A DNA stretch of 62,834 bases, filler included. It is 10 parts of 10 records of this genome, joined end to end, with 100 filler letters (N's around TTAATTAATTAA, not from the genome) between each part and the next. Parts side by side here need not be neighbours in the genome. Positions count along the whole stretch, not along the records: positions 28,258 to 33,467 come from SRR31147125_39164; positions 33,568 to 40,145 come from SRR31147125_39165; positions 40,246 to 45,357 come from SRR31147125_39209; 7 more parts are not named here. One strand, written 5' to 3'. The first letter of the stretch is position 1; each line of letters starts with the position of its first letter. Under the pieces are notes generated by a model. That model was not told where the DNA came from. It saw only the letters and a list, made by a program, of their open reading frames with translations, and did not search any database. Below are positions 33,444 to 45,357 of the stretch, piece after piece. The position numbers were made by a program, and so were the translations under genes.

Positions 33444-33467
33444 GTGTGTGTGTGTGTGTGTGTGTGT
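33444..33467 (+). repeat. (GT)12 microsatellite beginning an intron, at the contig break
   Basis: GTGTGT... directly follows the exon ending WPAE. Confidence 0.9.
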
Positions 33468-33567
33468 NNNNNNNNNNNNNNNNNNNNNNNNNNNNNNNNN
33501 NNNNNNNNNNNTTAATTAATTAANNNNNNNNNNNNNNNNNNNNNNNNNNNNNNNNNNNNNNNNNNNN
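33468..33567. other. Synthetic contig spacer
   Basis: N44-TTAATTAATTAA-N44. Confidence 0.99.
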
Positions 33568-33689
33568 TTTGCAGATCACAGCCTGCATTTTTTCCGGTAA
33601 TTTTAACATCTTTATCTTCCTTTACTATTTACTATTTAATTACAGAACTCATAATCATAAACATCCAACCATGAGCTCTAATATTCCAA

Positions 33690-34667
33690 TTAATTTGACT
33701 TTCTCTGCTTCAATGAACTGATAAGAATAGCAAGAATAATGATCGCACCTTTTAAGACACGCTGAGTATATGGAGAGACTCCCATCATATTCAACCCATT
33801 ATTAAGTACCCCTAAAATCAATGCTCCAATCAAAGTCCCTACAATATGCCCTTTACCTCCGGCAATATCAGTTCCACCAAGTATAACCGCCGCAATCGCA
33901 TCCAACTCAAAGCCAACACCGGCATTCGGCTGTCCACTTCTCAAACGACTCGCCAGCACCACCCCACTGATTGCAGCAGTAATACCACTACACGCATACG
34001 CCATCATTTTGAACTTAGGCACCTTGATACCGGAGAGCCTTACAGCTTCTTCATTACCACCGATTGCATAAATATAACGCCCAAATGGTAGTTGGTTCAG
34101 CAGGATATAGACTAGCGCAAAGACACAAAGCATAATAATAATTGGTATCTGAATCCCGCCAATCGACCCTCTACCAACTTCGGCAAATGATTTAGGCAAT
34201 CCGCTCAATGGATATCCGCCAGTGTAAAGCAGAGCAATACCACGAGGTATTTCCATCATTGCCAGAGTTACAATAAATGCCGGCATTCTTGCATATGCAA
34301 CAAAGAAACCATTTATAAGTCCAGCGATAGCACCCACTGCCAGACCAGCCATAACAGCAACAATAATTGGGTAGCCACTGACCAATGCACCAGCAACAAT
34401 TGTGCCGCTTAAAGACATAACCGCTCCGACAGAAAGATCAATGCCACCTGTCAAAATAACTATTGTCAGCCCAGACGCAATAATAGCATTGATAGAAACC
34501 TGCCTTAGAATATTGGTCAAGTTATTGACTGTCAGGAAATGATCTGAAACACTGAGCATTAATAAGCACAGAACTATCAAACCACAGAATGACAGAAATT
34601 CAGGTCTGGAAACAATAGTATGTAAAAATCCTTCATTATTCGCAGTATTACTCTTACTCAACATCAT
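33690..34667 (-). CDS. Sugar/polyol ABC transporter permease (RbsC-like)
   Basis: [22 protein letters not shown] and [12 protein letters not shown] motifs. Confidence 0.92.
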   Translation of the reverse strand: MMLSKSNTANNEGFLHTIVSRPEFLSFCGLIVLCLLMLSVSDHFLTVNNLTNILRQVSINAIIASGLTIVILTGGIDLSVGAVMSLSGTIVAGALVSGYPIIVAVMAGLAVGAIAGLINGFFVAYARMPAFIVTLAMMEIPRGIALLYTGGYPLSGLPKSFAEVGRGSIGGIQIPIIIMLCVFALVYILLNQLPFGRYIYAIGGNEEAVRLSGIKVPKFKMMAYACSGITAAISGVVLASRLRSGQPNAGVGFELDAIAAVILGGTDIAGGKGHIVGTLIGALILGVLNNGLNMMGVSPYTQRVLKGAIIILAILISSLKQRKSN

Positions 34668-36181
34668 TTACTCCTTTTGCACCCGCAGCATACTCCATGA
34701 TGCCGTCAGGTGTAATCTCATCACCCTGTAATGTAACAACAATTTCATCTTTTCTCATAACCAGCACTCTGTCACTGATACCAACAACCTCAGGCAACTC
34801 AGAAGATATCATAATGATACCCAGCCCTCTTCTTGTCAAACCACGCATCAGTTCATAAATTTCTGCCTTGGCTCCAACATCAATACCTCTAGTCGGCTCA
34901 TCAAATATCAGAACATGACAGTTAGTACTCAACCATTTTCCAATAACAACTTTCTGCTGATTTCCACCTGACAAATTTCTTACCATTGTTCTTTCAGAAG
35001 GAGTCTTGATTTTAAGCGCATCAATCTGCTTTTTAGTTCGCACAGATAGGCTTTTTTACGAATAGTATGCATTCGATTCAATGACTCTTTCAGAGTATTG
35101 ATAACAACATTATACTCAACACTGAAGTCTAGAATCAGCCCCTGCGATTTCCTGTCTTCAGGCAGGAGACCTATACCAAGATCAAGTGCCGTCTTAGGGT
35201 CACTTATAACAATTTCCTTACCATTCATTTCCAGTATTTTTTTAGCGGAACCATCTGCACCGGTGATTGCTCTGGCAAGCTCAGTTCTACCAGCCCCAAC
35301 CAATCCAGCAATCCCCAGTATCTCACCTGGATAAAGATCAAACGCTACCTCTGGCAACCCACTCTTTCTCTGAGCGATTTAATACTGAGCAGCGGCACAG
35401 AAGAATAGTCAACAGGGGTATGATTCTCCGGATAAGTCTGCGAAACATCACGACCTACCATCATACGAATCAATTCACTCATTGTCAGATCATCAATCTG
35501 CTTATGCCCTACAGTCTCACCATCCCTTAAACATGTTACTTCATCACATATTTCAAAAATTTCATCCAGATGATGTGAGATAAATACCATCCCAACCCCT
35601 TTAGCTCTCAATTCTTTCATTAGAGAGAAAAGATTTTCCACTTCATTCGGGGTAAGCGGTGCTGTAGGCTCATCAAGAATAAGAACTTTGACATTGAGAC
35701 TTATTGCTTTAGCTATCTCAACAAACTGCTGCTCAGCAATACTCAACTGGTAAATCATTGCGTCCGGATTGATATTCATACCAAGATGTTCAAGTACCGC
35801 TACTGCCTGCTGACGCATCTTCTTTTTATTTAAAAAACCTCCCGGCTTTTTGATTTCTCTACCTAAAAATATATTCTCATATACAGTCATATGTGGAATA
35901 AGACTAAATTCCTGATAAATAATCCCTATCCCTAGTTGCTGAGCCATTTGCGGATCCACATGTTCAACCCGTTCACCATTCACTAGCATTTCACCAGTGT
36001 TCTGATCTGGCTTATATACACCTACCACAATTTTCATCAAGGTAGATTTTCCTGCTCCATTCTCACCAGCCAGAGCATGAATTTTCCCCTCACTAAGCTT
36101 CAAATCAACCTTTTTCAGAGCCTTGACTCCGCTAAATGTTTTTGAAACCTGCTTCAATTCCAGCAGACAGTCTTTGTCCAT
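34654..36181 (-). CDS. Sugar ABC transporter ATP-binding protein (RbsA-like), two frameshifts
   Basis: [31 protein letters not shown] and [12 protein letters not shown] are split over three frames near 35360 and 35050. Confidence 0.9.
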
Positions 36182-36315
36182 TATAATTTCCTCTAGCAAC
36201 ACTAAAATAACTACGACTTTCAGTCAACTTCAATACTTATATAACTGTAATGAGGCCAGCACAATGAATCATACCAACCTCATCACACACTATTATAAGT
36301 CAAGCGAGTTTCTTA

Positions 36316-37238
36316 TTACCAGCTGAATCCCTTGGCGTTGTCTTTTGTAATCAACTTAACATCAACTGGAATAATACTTGGGATATTAGCTCCCCAGTAT
36401 TTTGCCAGAGCGATACCTGCTGCGATACGAATCTGGTCACGTGGGTACTGAGCACTCGTAGCTTTGAATGACCGCCTTCAAGAATATAATCGATTGCTTC
36501 AGGAGCACCATCAACACTGACAAGAATAATATCTTTCTCAGATGCTTCAATAGCAGCAAGAGCACCATAAGCACCGCCATCATTTACACTGAAGACACCA
36601 TCAATGTCAGGGTAAGCCTGAATAATGTTTTCAGTAACGTTAAGAGCAATATCTCTTTCCTGTTTACCATTCTGAGTAGTTACAATTTCGATGCCTGGTG
36701 CTTTGGCTACAGCCGCTTTAAAACCACGAACGCGCTCAAGAATTGGCACAACAGGAATACCATCAAGAATAGCAACTTTACCCTTACCATTAAGAGCCTT
36801 TACCATATATTCACCAGCATATAGACCAGCATCATAGTTCTTTGAACCCACAAATGAATCAACCGGACCTTCAGCAGAAGCATCGACACATACTACAATA
36901 ACGCCTGCATCTTTTGCATCTTCAACAGCATTCTGAACGCCTTTACTGTCTGTAGGGTTGAGGATAAGAATATCGATACCCTTCTGAATCATATCTTCGA
37001 TATCATTGATCTGCTTGAAGATATCGTGCTTAGCATCAGTTACATATAGCTCAGCATTTAGACTTTTAGCAATTTCTTCAATAGCTTCATTCATAACAAT
37101 GAAATATGGATTATTCATTTCCTGAAAAGACATACCGATTTTAAGCTCACCATCTTTATCTGCAGCATTACCGCTTGGTGCTATCGCAAAGACAGTTAGA
37201 AGCGCAAGGAATGATAGAGTGACAATTTTCTTCAACAT
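36316..37238 (-). CDS. Sugar/polyol ABC substrate-binding protein, frameshifted near the C-terminus
   Basis: Signal peptide, NNPYF, ERVRGF and VSVDG motifs; the shifted frame ends AQYPRDQIR..KGFSW*. Confidence 0.88.
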
Positions 37239-37342
37239 AGTTTTCTCCAAAAAAACAAAACAAAAAATTAAAGCGCAACACATTTGAAACACTAATTTCA
37301 ACATGTCTAAATTCTACAACACAATTGATCTTAGTCAATTTT

Positions 37343-37612
37343 TTTGCGCAAACAATTTGTATTATTTTGCGCAACAAATCACATTAAAACCAGACAACAC
37401 CTTAAAATAAAAGCACTTACATGCAGTAAAATTTAGGAAAATTAAACAAACAAATCGTCTTTAAGGCTCTTCACACACATATCCAGCCCACAATTTTGCA
37501 TGTTTTTTTATTAATTTTAAACATAATTATCGATCAATATGTTTTTTTTATTGAAAATTTTTGAATTTATATTAATATATAAGTATAAGTTTACTGAAAT
37601 ATTTGCGCAAAT
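37343..37612. promoter_or_regulatory. Three TTGCGCAA palindromes, candidate LacI-family operators
   Basis: TTTGCGCAAA at 37343-37352, TTGCGCAA at 37367-37374 and ATTTGCGCAAAT at 37601-37612, between the divergent ABC operon and LacI gene. Confidence 0.65.
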
Positions 37613-37631
37613 TTCATATAAGGCATTAAAA

Positions 37632-38749
37632 GTGACTGCAAAAAAGAAGATAACACTGAAGGATATCGCCAGCAAATCAGGGTTCTCCATAACAACTGTT
37701 TCACATGTTATTAATAAGACCAGGCATGTTGACAGTGAAACCAGAAAAATTGTTAGAAAAACAATTGAAGAGCTTGGCTACTCCCTTCAACGACCACAAC
37801 AGCCAAAAAAAAGAGCCTGAAAACCATTGGCTTTGTTGTTTCTGATATACGAGTTGATTTTTTCAATGAAATTATCACAGATATAAAGGAAACAGCCCTT
37901 CAGCATGGATACAATATACTCTTCTCAGAGTCATCAGAGAATGATGAAAAAGAGCAGGAATGCCTGGAGATGCTTATAAATCAACAGGTAGACGGAATAA
38001 TACTCTCTCCGACCAACTGCGACTCAGACATGGATTTCCTCAATGACACCAATATCCCGATCATTCTAATTGATAGAGATTTATTTAAAAGAAACTATGA
38101 CTTTGTCTGTATTGATAATTTCCAGAGTGGATATGAAGCGACAAAACTCCTTATAGATTATGGAGCCCGCTCACTCGGCTATATCGGGTTCGATGATTCC
38201 AATTATACTTCGCTGGAACGCTGTAAAGGCTTCAAAGCAGCACTCCATGAAGCCGGCTTGTTCAATGATGACTGCATCCTGACAAGTGATTATCATTCTT
38301 CAGCAGATAGCATCACTGATAAATTCAGAGAATTTCTTTTAGAGAATAATAAAAAGGATGGGATTGTATGCTCTTCGAATAATATCTGCTTCGAACTTCT
38401 CTCTCAGGCAGATGAGCTATCAGTAAACATCCCTGATGACCTGCTGGTTATTTCATATGATGACAATAAATGGTTTGAGTTTATAAACAAACCGATCTCT
38501 GCAATCAAACAGCCTACTGGTGATATAGCTGTTGTTGCGACAGAACTTTTAATCAACAAAATCAAACAGAGAAGCGATAATATACCGAATAATGTCAGCC
38601 TCAGACAGAAAATAATTCTCGACTACACAATCGTAAACAGGTTTAAAAATAGAGTTCATGATAAGCTATCTTATCATGAACTCAAAATGATGTACCACTT
38701 TTTCCAGATTGTGCTCAACGACCAAGATGGTCAAATCCCTAGAAAATAA
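37632..38749 (+). CDS. LacI family transcriptional regulator, frameshifted at the A-run near 37805
   Basis: [25 protein letters not shown]; the sugar-binding domain continues in another frame. Confidence 0.88.
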
Positions 38750-38770
38750 CAACCACCGAAAACCTGAAAA

Positions 38771-40145
38771 CTATATAAGCTCAGGATCAGCTATAACCTC
38801 TATAAGCGATGCTACTCGTCATATTCTAGCGCTCTCTCAACCGCCGGGGCAAGCTCAGAAATTGCAGTCACCTTTACCCCGAGTGCCCCGCAAATATCTG
38901 CATACTTTGCAAATTCTGGATTATGCAACTCGGTCTTCCACTCTGGAAAACCTTCCAGCTTCTGCTCCATACTTATCTTCCCCAGTTCACTATTATTGAT
39001 CAGAATATGCAGTATTTTCATTTTATTGAGCACTGCAGTACACAGCTCTCCCATATACTGCCCGAACCCTCCGTCACCAGTAATAGCAACTACCGGACGC
39101 TCAGTCGCAACCCTTGCCCCCATCGCTGCCGGATACCCAAAACCGATAGATCCGAGATAACCTGAAAGAAGTACAGACTGCTCCTTGCACTCAAAGTACC
39201 TTCCAAAGGAATAAGTATTATTCCCTACATCAAGCGCCACAACAGCATCAGCCGGCAGACTCTCACTGAGCACATCAAATATCTCTGCGGCATTGAGACC
39301 TCTACCATTATGAATACCGGCTCGCCTGCTTTTCTCTGCCCGCCACTCGCTCCACTTCCCAGCAATCTCCTCTACCTGATCTGTAGCAGAGATATCAAGT
39401 GGCAACGCCTCACAAATACTTTCTGCAGCTCGAGCTGCCTCTGCAAGCATAGGCAGAGCTATCGCATGGAATTTACCAAGAGCCTCCAGAGAGACATCAA
39501 CCTGTATAGTAGGTATCTCTTTACTGATCCCTGTATGCTGCGCAAATGAAGCCCCAAAGACCATAAGAAGGTCTGAATTATTCATAAAATGCGCTGCAAT
39601 CAACGTCCCGCTTCGCCCGAGAACACCGCAAGACAGATGATGCGAATCAGGTACAACACCTTTGGCTTTAAAGGTCGTAAGCACAGGACACTTCAATCTA
39701 CTGGCAAGCTGTAAAATTTTCGGCACCGCTTTACGTGCCCCATACCCGAGGATTATAACAGGCCGTTCTGCAGCAGACACAAGCTGCACTGCCCGCTCAA
39801 TTGTAGCTTTATCTGGAGAAATACAGACCTCTGCAATCCTGCCTTCATAATCCCCGACAGCTCCTTGTGCCTCTACTTTCTGCAGCTGCACCTCATTAGG
39901 AAATACCAGATGCCCTACACCACGCTTAATAATCGCATGCTTGAGCGCCAGCCTCATAAGCTCGACATGATCACTACCAGGCAAACCACCTGCGACCAGC
40001 AGGCAACACTTTCAAATGCAGCAGAAAGATCTATCTCCTGAAATGCCCCAGACCCGAGAACCTGAGTATTGATCTGACCTGTCAGTGCCAACACAGGAGC
40101 TTTATCGATTTGAGCATCCCAGAGTCCGGTAAAGAGATTTGTAGC
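38771..40145 (-). CDS. TPP-dependent pyruvate oxidase/acetolactate synthase-like enzyme (5' truncated, frameshifted)
   Basis: [20 protein letters not shown] motif and [17 protein letters not shown]; the alternative frame ends [11 protein letters not shown]. Confidence 0.85.
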
Positions 40146-40245
40146 NNNNNNNNNNNNNNNNNNNNNNNNNNNNNNNNNNNNNNNNNNNNTTAATTAATTA
40201 ANNNNNNNNNNNNNNNNNNNNNNNNNNNNNNNNNNNNNNNNNNNN
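40146..40245. other. Synthetic contig spacer
   Basis: N44-TTAATTAATTAA-N44. Confidence 0.99.
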
Positions 40246-41074
40246 TGCAGGAATCCCAACAACGGGAACGAACACCGCTATTTTCATTGTTAATATCATG
40301 TACGTCAAAACAGGTACACAAGGGACATACGTGAGTGCATCCACCACAGCTAAAACATTCGGCTCCCATTTGCTCCCACAATTCCTCTTTTGCACGATTA
40401 TTGGTGATATTGATGATCGCTTTGGCAAGATATGCTGTGGGAACCATTTGTTCATCACATGTCTGCATTAAAGCAAGTCGATGATCTTCGTCATCCTGAT
40501 TGGCTTCGGAAAGAGGCGATTTATGTTTGTTTAATATATCGATTCCATTTTCACTGCCAATGTCCACTAAAAAGGTATTGCCAAAATCTGTTAACTGAAG
40601 ATCAAATCCTGAATCCAGATAGGGTCCACCATTACAGCAAATGCAAAAACAGGTGTCAAGTGGTTGATTACAAGCCATACTGATGACAGTCATTTTATTC
40701 CGTCTCTGCCAGTAGTAATTATCCTTGAATGAACCACTAAAAAAGCCATCCATATGAGCAAAACCCTGCACATCACAAGATCGGACGCCAAAAAGAAGGA
40801 ATGGTTTAGGTTGTGCGGGTGTCTCCAATTCAGGCTTTCCATCATGGATTCGAAAACGGAACAGATCTTCCTGAGCGGGAAAGAGAAGTCTTTTTAGAGG
40901 TGCCATCTCGTTGACATAATCAAATGTAATTTCTGCCGAAGATGAGATGGATTCAAAACTTACCTCGCCATCTGACATTTTTGTTGGCGCAATAATCTCA
41001 AACTCTTTTTTACATAAATCAAGTAAATCGAGCATTGCTTGCTTTTCAATAATATATTTTTGCCCGATCTTCAT
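40246..41074 (-). CDS. 4Fe-4S dicluster protein, AsrA/sulfhydrogenase-beta/Flx-like (3' truncated)
   Basis: GVRSCD, CFCICC, CFSCGGCTHVCPLCTCFD and RCWDSC motifs; ATGA overlap with the upstream gene. Confidence 0.85.
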
Positions 41075-43080
41075 ACAACAGCCTCCAATTTCGCTGTGCA
41101 CAGCTTCATTTCCGGAATTTTTGATTCATTTTCTAACTTGTCGTTTACCAAAATGTTGGTCAAGCCATTTTTATTAGAGATAGGTACAAAAATGGTTTTA
41201 TCAGCTAAAGAATTGTCAATAATGACATTTCTAATAATTTCGCTGCGGCGTGTTTTTATCTTCACTTGCCAACCACTTCGGACCTGCAATGAACGGGCAT
41301 CCTGATTATTCATGAATACGATCCCATATGGGCTTTCTCGTTCCAGAGTAAAAGACTTTGAGCAGAGTGTTCCGGATAACCGATGCAACTGGGTTCGACC
41401 AGTAAAAAGCGTGAAAGGAAATTCTTCATCCGGAGTTTCAGCTGGTTTGGTGACCGGGCCAGGATCCATAAACTCTGTCGCATTTTTCGGTAATTGTTCA
41501 GGTCGTAAATAGGCAGAGCTGTCGTTGTCAGACAGAGGCCACTGAACACCGCCGGCTGGATCCAGTTTCTTTTTATCAATTCCATCATAGAAGGGGATGA
41601 GCTTTGAGAGTTCCTCAAAAATATCATAAGAGCTGGTGTATTCAAACTTTTTGCCCATACGATTTGCCAAAAGTGATATTATTTCCCAATCCGGTTTGCT
41701 GTTTCCAATTGGATTAATTGCCATGCGGATTTTTTGAATTCGTCTTTCAGTACTTGTAAATGTGCCGTCTTTTTCTGCGAAGCTACAGGCAGGAAAAACA
41801 ACATCGGCCATTTGGGCTGTTTCTGTGAGAAAAAGATCCTGAACAACAAGAAAATCAAGTTCATTGAGAGATTTTTTTGCTGCTTCACTATTGGGAGCGC
41901 TCCAAAGGAGATTTTCTCCTACAATATACATGGCCCGAATTCCATTTCCAGCCTGTTGAAGCATTTCCTGTAAAGTGAGGCCTTTTTGAGCTGGGATTGA
42001 GTTTTGCCAAAAATCACTAATCTTGTTTTTAAATTCTAAATCCTGAATGGAATAATGCCCTGGGAGAAAATCCGGAGCAAGCCCCATATCAATAGCGCCC
42101 TGCATATTATTGGATGGCATAAAAGGGAGTATGCCGGAGCCCTGTTTGAAAAGATGGCCTGTAAGGAGGGCTAAATTCCATAAAGCCTGAATAGTCGAAG
42201 TACCATTAGCCTGCTGTGTGATGCCATCCCCATAGATAAACATAGCCTTTTTAGATTTTGCCAGCTTTTCAGCAATCCTAATAATATCCTTTTCTTGTAT
42301 ACCAGTGTTCTCCTCGTACTGATTGAGTTTTACTAAAGGCAGACTTTTTTTTATCTTTTGCACATCAGCAACGTCATGGTCGTACCAGCCGTTTTCAATG
42401 ATCGTGTGAAGGAGGGAGGTGACAAACCAGAAATCCGTTCCAGGTTTAATTTTCAAATGAGTAAAGAAGCGGGAGTGTTCCAGTTCTCTGGGATCAACCT
42501 GAATGCACTCTGTGTCCTGATTGGCCTTTTGTAAAACAAAGGAGCCTAAACGTGCGGATTGATCTTTGGCATTGATACCCATCATAAAGATGAAATCTGT
42601 CTTTTCAATTTCTGTTATACTCGTTGTCGCGGCAGCGCAGCCATAATGATTACCCAGGGCGGATATAGTTGGAGCCTGATAATAACGAGCGGATGTATCA
42701 ATATTATTCGTGCCAATGACGGTTCTGGCTAGTTTTCCCAGTACATAGTCTTCTTCATTCGTACATTTAACAGAACCGACAATGCCAATGGCATCCGGGC
42801 CTTGCTGTTTTTTTATGTCCAATAGCGATTTACAGGTAAATTCGATGGCTTGATCCCATGTGACGGGTTTCAGGGAATTGCCTTCTCTGATAAGTGGTTG
42901 AGTGAGTCTGTTTTCATGATGAATAAACTGATGACTGTGCCACCCTTTTATACAAAGGGTGCCACGACTTACAGGATGAGATCGTTGAGGATAAGTGGAA
43001 AGAATTTTTTGATTTTGAATCTCAAAAATTAAACCGCAACCACAACCACAGAAAGGACACGTTGATATAACTTTACTCAT
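41071..43080 (-). CDS. Formate dehydrogenase alpha (FdhF)-like molybdopterin oxidoreductase family protein with substituted active site
   Basis: CPFCGCGC..LCIKG, KCTNEE, NNMQGAIDMG, LVVQDLFLTETA and EKDGTFTSTERRIQ motifs; GAGGAGG RBS before ATG 43080. Confidence 0.88.
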   Translation of the reverse strand: MSKVISTCPFCGCGCGLIFEIQNQKILSTYPQRSHPVSRGTLCIKGWHSHQFIHHENRLTQPLIREGNSLKPVTWDQAIEFTCKSLLDIKKQQGPDAIGIVGSVKCTNEEDYVLGKLARTVIGTNNIDTSARYYQAPTISALGNHYGCAAATTSITEIEKTDFIFMMGINAKDQSARLGSFVLQKANQDTECIQVDPRELEHSRFFTHLKIKPGTDFWFVTSLLHTIIENGWYDHDVADVQKIKKSLPLVKLNQYEENTGIQEKDIIRIAEKLAKSKKAMFIYGDGITQQANGTSTIQALWNLALLTGHLFKQGSGILPFMPSNNMQGAIDMGLAPDFLPGHYSIQDLEFKNKISDFWQNSIPAQKGLTLQEMLQQAGNGIRAMYIVGENLLWSAPNSEAAKKSLNELDFLVVQDLFLTETAQMADVVFPACSFAEKDGTFTSTERRIQKIRMAINPIGNSKPDWEIISLLANRMGKKFEYTSSYDIFEELSKLIPFYDGIDKKKLDPAGGVQWPLSDNDSSAYLRPEQLPKNATEFMDPGPVTKPAETPDEEFPFTLFTGRTQLHRLSGTLCSKSFTLERESPYGIVFMNNQDARSLQVRSGWQVKIKTRRSEIIRNVIIDNSLADKTIFVPISNKNGLTNILVNDKLENESKIPEMKLCTAKLEAVV

Positions 43081-44067
43081 TGGTCTGGTCCTCCTCGCTA
43101 ACTCAATCAGAATCAATCATATAATTTGAGATACTGAAATGGAAATCACGACTTGAACGAACCTGGTAATAAAACGTGCGAATACTTTAAATTGCAGTTG
43201 AACTGGGCCGAATTTTGTGGAATTGATCGCCGGATCAGGGCCCTAAAATGGATGTGGAAATAAATGAAATTTAATTTTTGCAAAAATATTAATCCCTGCT
43301 CTATTATATATAAACGATTTTTAATGTGCAAGTTATTTTTTTTATTTAGCAAGATTTTTTTTGATCTATATAAAAATTGCCCTTGTTATTTGCTATTAAT
43401 GTATATTATCTGAAAATTTATTACATTCTGCCATCTTTTCAGGAACAATGGATAAGAATAATTGCTGAAAGGGTATTCTCAATGTATCATATTCAAACGA
43501 TGAACATGATTTAGAGACTAAAATTCCACATATACTATACGGAATATATCCGTTATATGAATTTAAAGTTACATTAATAAAAGTCCTAAGATATTACAAG
43601 ATGTAAGATTTACTTAAAGTATTTGTCTAAATAAGGCAATGATCGGATCCCATCAAAACGCGCTTAATGATAAGAATAAAGACCAAATAACAAAAAATCA
43701 AAATCACCGGATCAATATACCTGGAATTTCGTGTAGATTATCATGTAGTGTTAAAGTAGGCGGATTTAAATGATTATTTTATTGCAATAATATGTTACAG
43801 GATATCATAAGGATTTATTTACTATGTCAGATTATTCCGATTTGTCGATATACCTGTGAATCATTTTTTGTATTAGGCACTAATTCGAATGAATTAAATA
43901 ATTTACCTTTAGAGGTTTTTGCTTATAGCCTTTTATTTATTGATTATTTGCTATTTTTTTCGTAGAATACATATCTGGGAAATCACTCAGCATATAATAA
44001 ATAAAAGAAAACACACCCGCATTTTAAAGCAGTTGGCGTCGAGTTTTGCTCATTATATTCAACCTCT

Positions 44068-45357
44068 TTGTACTTTGGAGCAGTTTTGAGTTCACCTATT
44101 AAAATACTCATTGTAGATGATAATGATACTATAAGAAACAGTTGTGAGAATCTTTTAAAAGAGTCCGGGTATGATGTTACAGCGACACCTCAACCTCGCA
44201 AGGGATTAATGTTCGCTGAAGCTGATCAATTTAGTATTATCTTTGTAGATTATAAAATGCCAGAGATGAATGGCATTGAATTTGTGAAAAAAATTAAAGA
44301 AAAGAGTATAAACACGGATGTTGTTATGATTACCGGATATGCCACCATCGAAATGGCTGTTGAAGCCATTCGCCTTGGGGCATATGATTATATCCAAAAA
44401 CCATTCACGTCCGAAAAGATTCTGGCAGTTGTTAATAAAATTATTGAAAAGCAACATATTCTTGAAATGCCTGGTGCCCAGGAATTAAAGATGGATTTTG
44501 ATGGAAAACCTATACAAATCCTGGGAAAAAGTAAGAAAATGAATGATTTGTTTCATATTATCAAAAAAGTGTCTCCTACAGATAGTACCGTCCTTATTTT
44601 GGGCGAGAGTGGCACAGGGAAAGAACTGGTGGCCAAGGCAATTCATTCAAACAGCCAGCGCAGAGAGCAAGCGTTTTATGCGATGGACTGTGGGTCTTTA
44701 GTTGAATCCCTTTTTGAGAGTGAACTTTTTGGCCACGTTAAAGGTTCTTTTACTGGTGCCTCCGCAACCAAACATGGCGCTTTTGAGTTGGCTAATAGTG
44801 GTACATTCTTTTTTGATGAAATTGGCAATATCTCATTAAATGTTCAGGCCAAAATTCTTCGAGCTATTCAGGAACGGGAAATCAGGCGTGTTGGTGGAAC
44901 TGAGACGATTCCTGTTGATGTACGCGTTATTGCTGCCACCAATCTGGATTTAAGACGTTCTGTTGAAAACGGAACATTCAGAGAAGATCTGTATTATCGA
45001 CTCAGTGTTATACCGATTCATTTACCTCCACTCCGAGATCGAAAAGATGATATTCCATTGCTGGTGGATCATTTTATAAAAAAACATAGCACACGTCGTC
45101 AAAAACATCCGATTCAATCCATATCTGATGCTGCTCTGAATACCTTAACTCAATACTGCTGGCCGGGAAATATTCGGGAGCTTGAAAATGTCATAGAAAG
45201 AGCACTTATCATAGAGGATTCAACTATCATTACTCTTGGCTCACTTCCAACACATATACGTTCTCTTGGTTCCACACCAGATCAGGATGAGCAAAAAGTT
45301 TTTTCATTAGCAGAGATTGAAAAGCAGCATATTGAGCATGTATTAATGCTCACAAAA
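44068..45357 (+). CDS. Sigma-54-dependent NtrC-family response regulator (3' truncated)
   Basis: Receiver (VDD, D, T, K intact), [29 protein letters not shown] and [10 protein letters not shown]. Confidence 0.93.

Noticed and set aside
28158..33567. Dynein gene flanked by bacterial operons as possible horizontal transfer
   Set aside because: Separated by spacers on both sides; it is an independent eukaryotic contig
42676..42687. Selenocysteine in the FDH-like protein
   Set aside because: The codon at the Sec/Cys position is TAT, not TGA
44034..44050. TGGC...TTGC sigma-54-like promoter
   Set aside because: GG-to-GC spacing is 11 nt rather than the required 10
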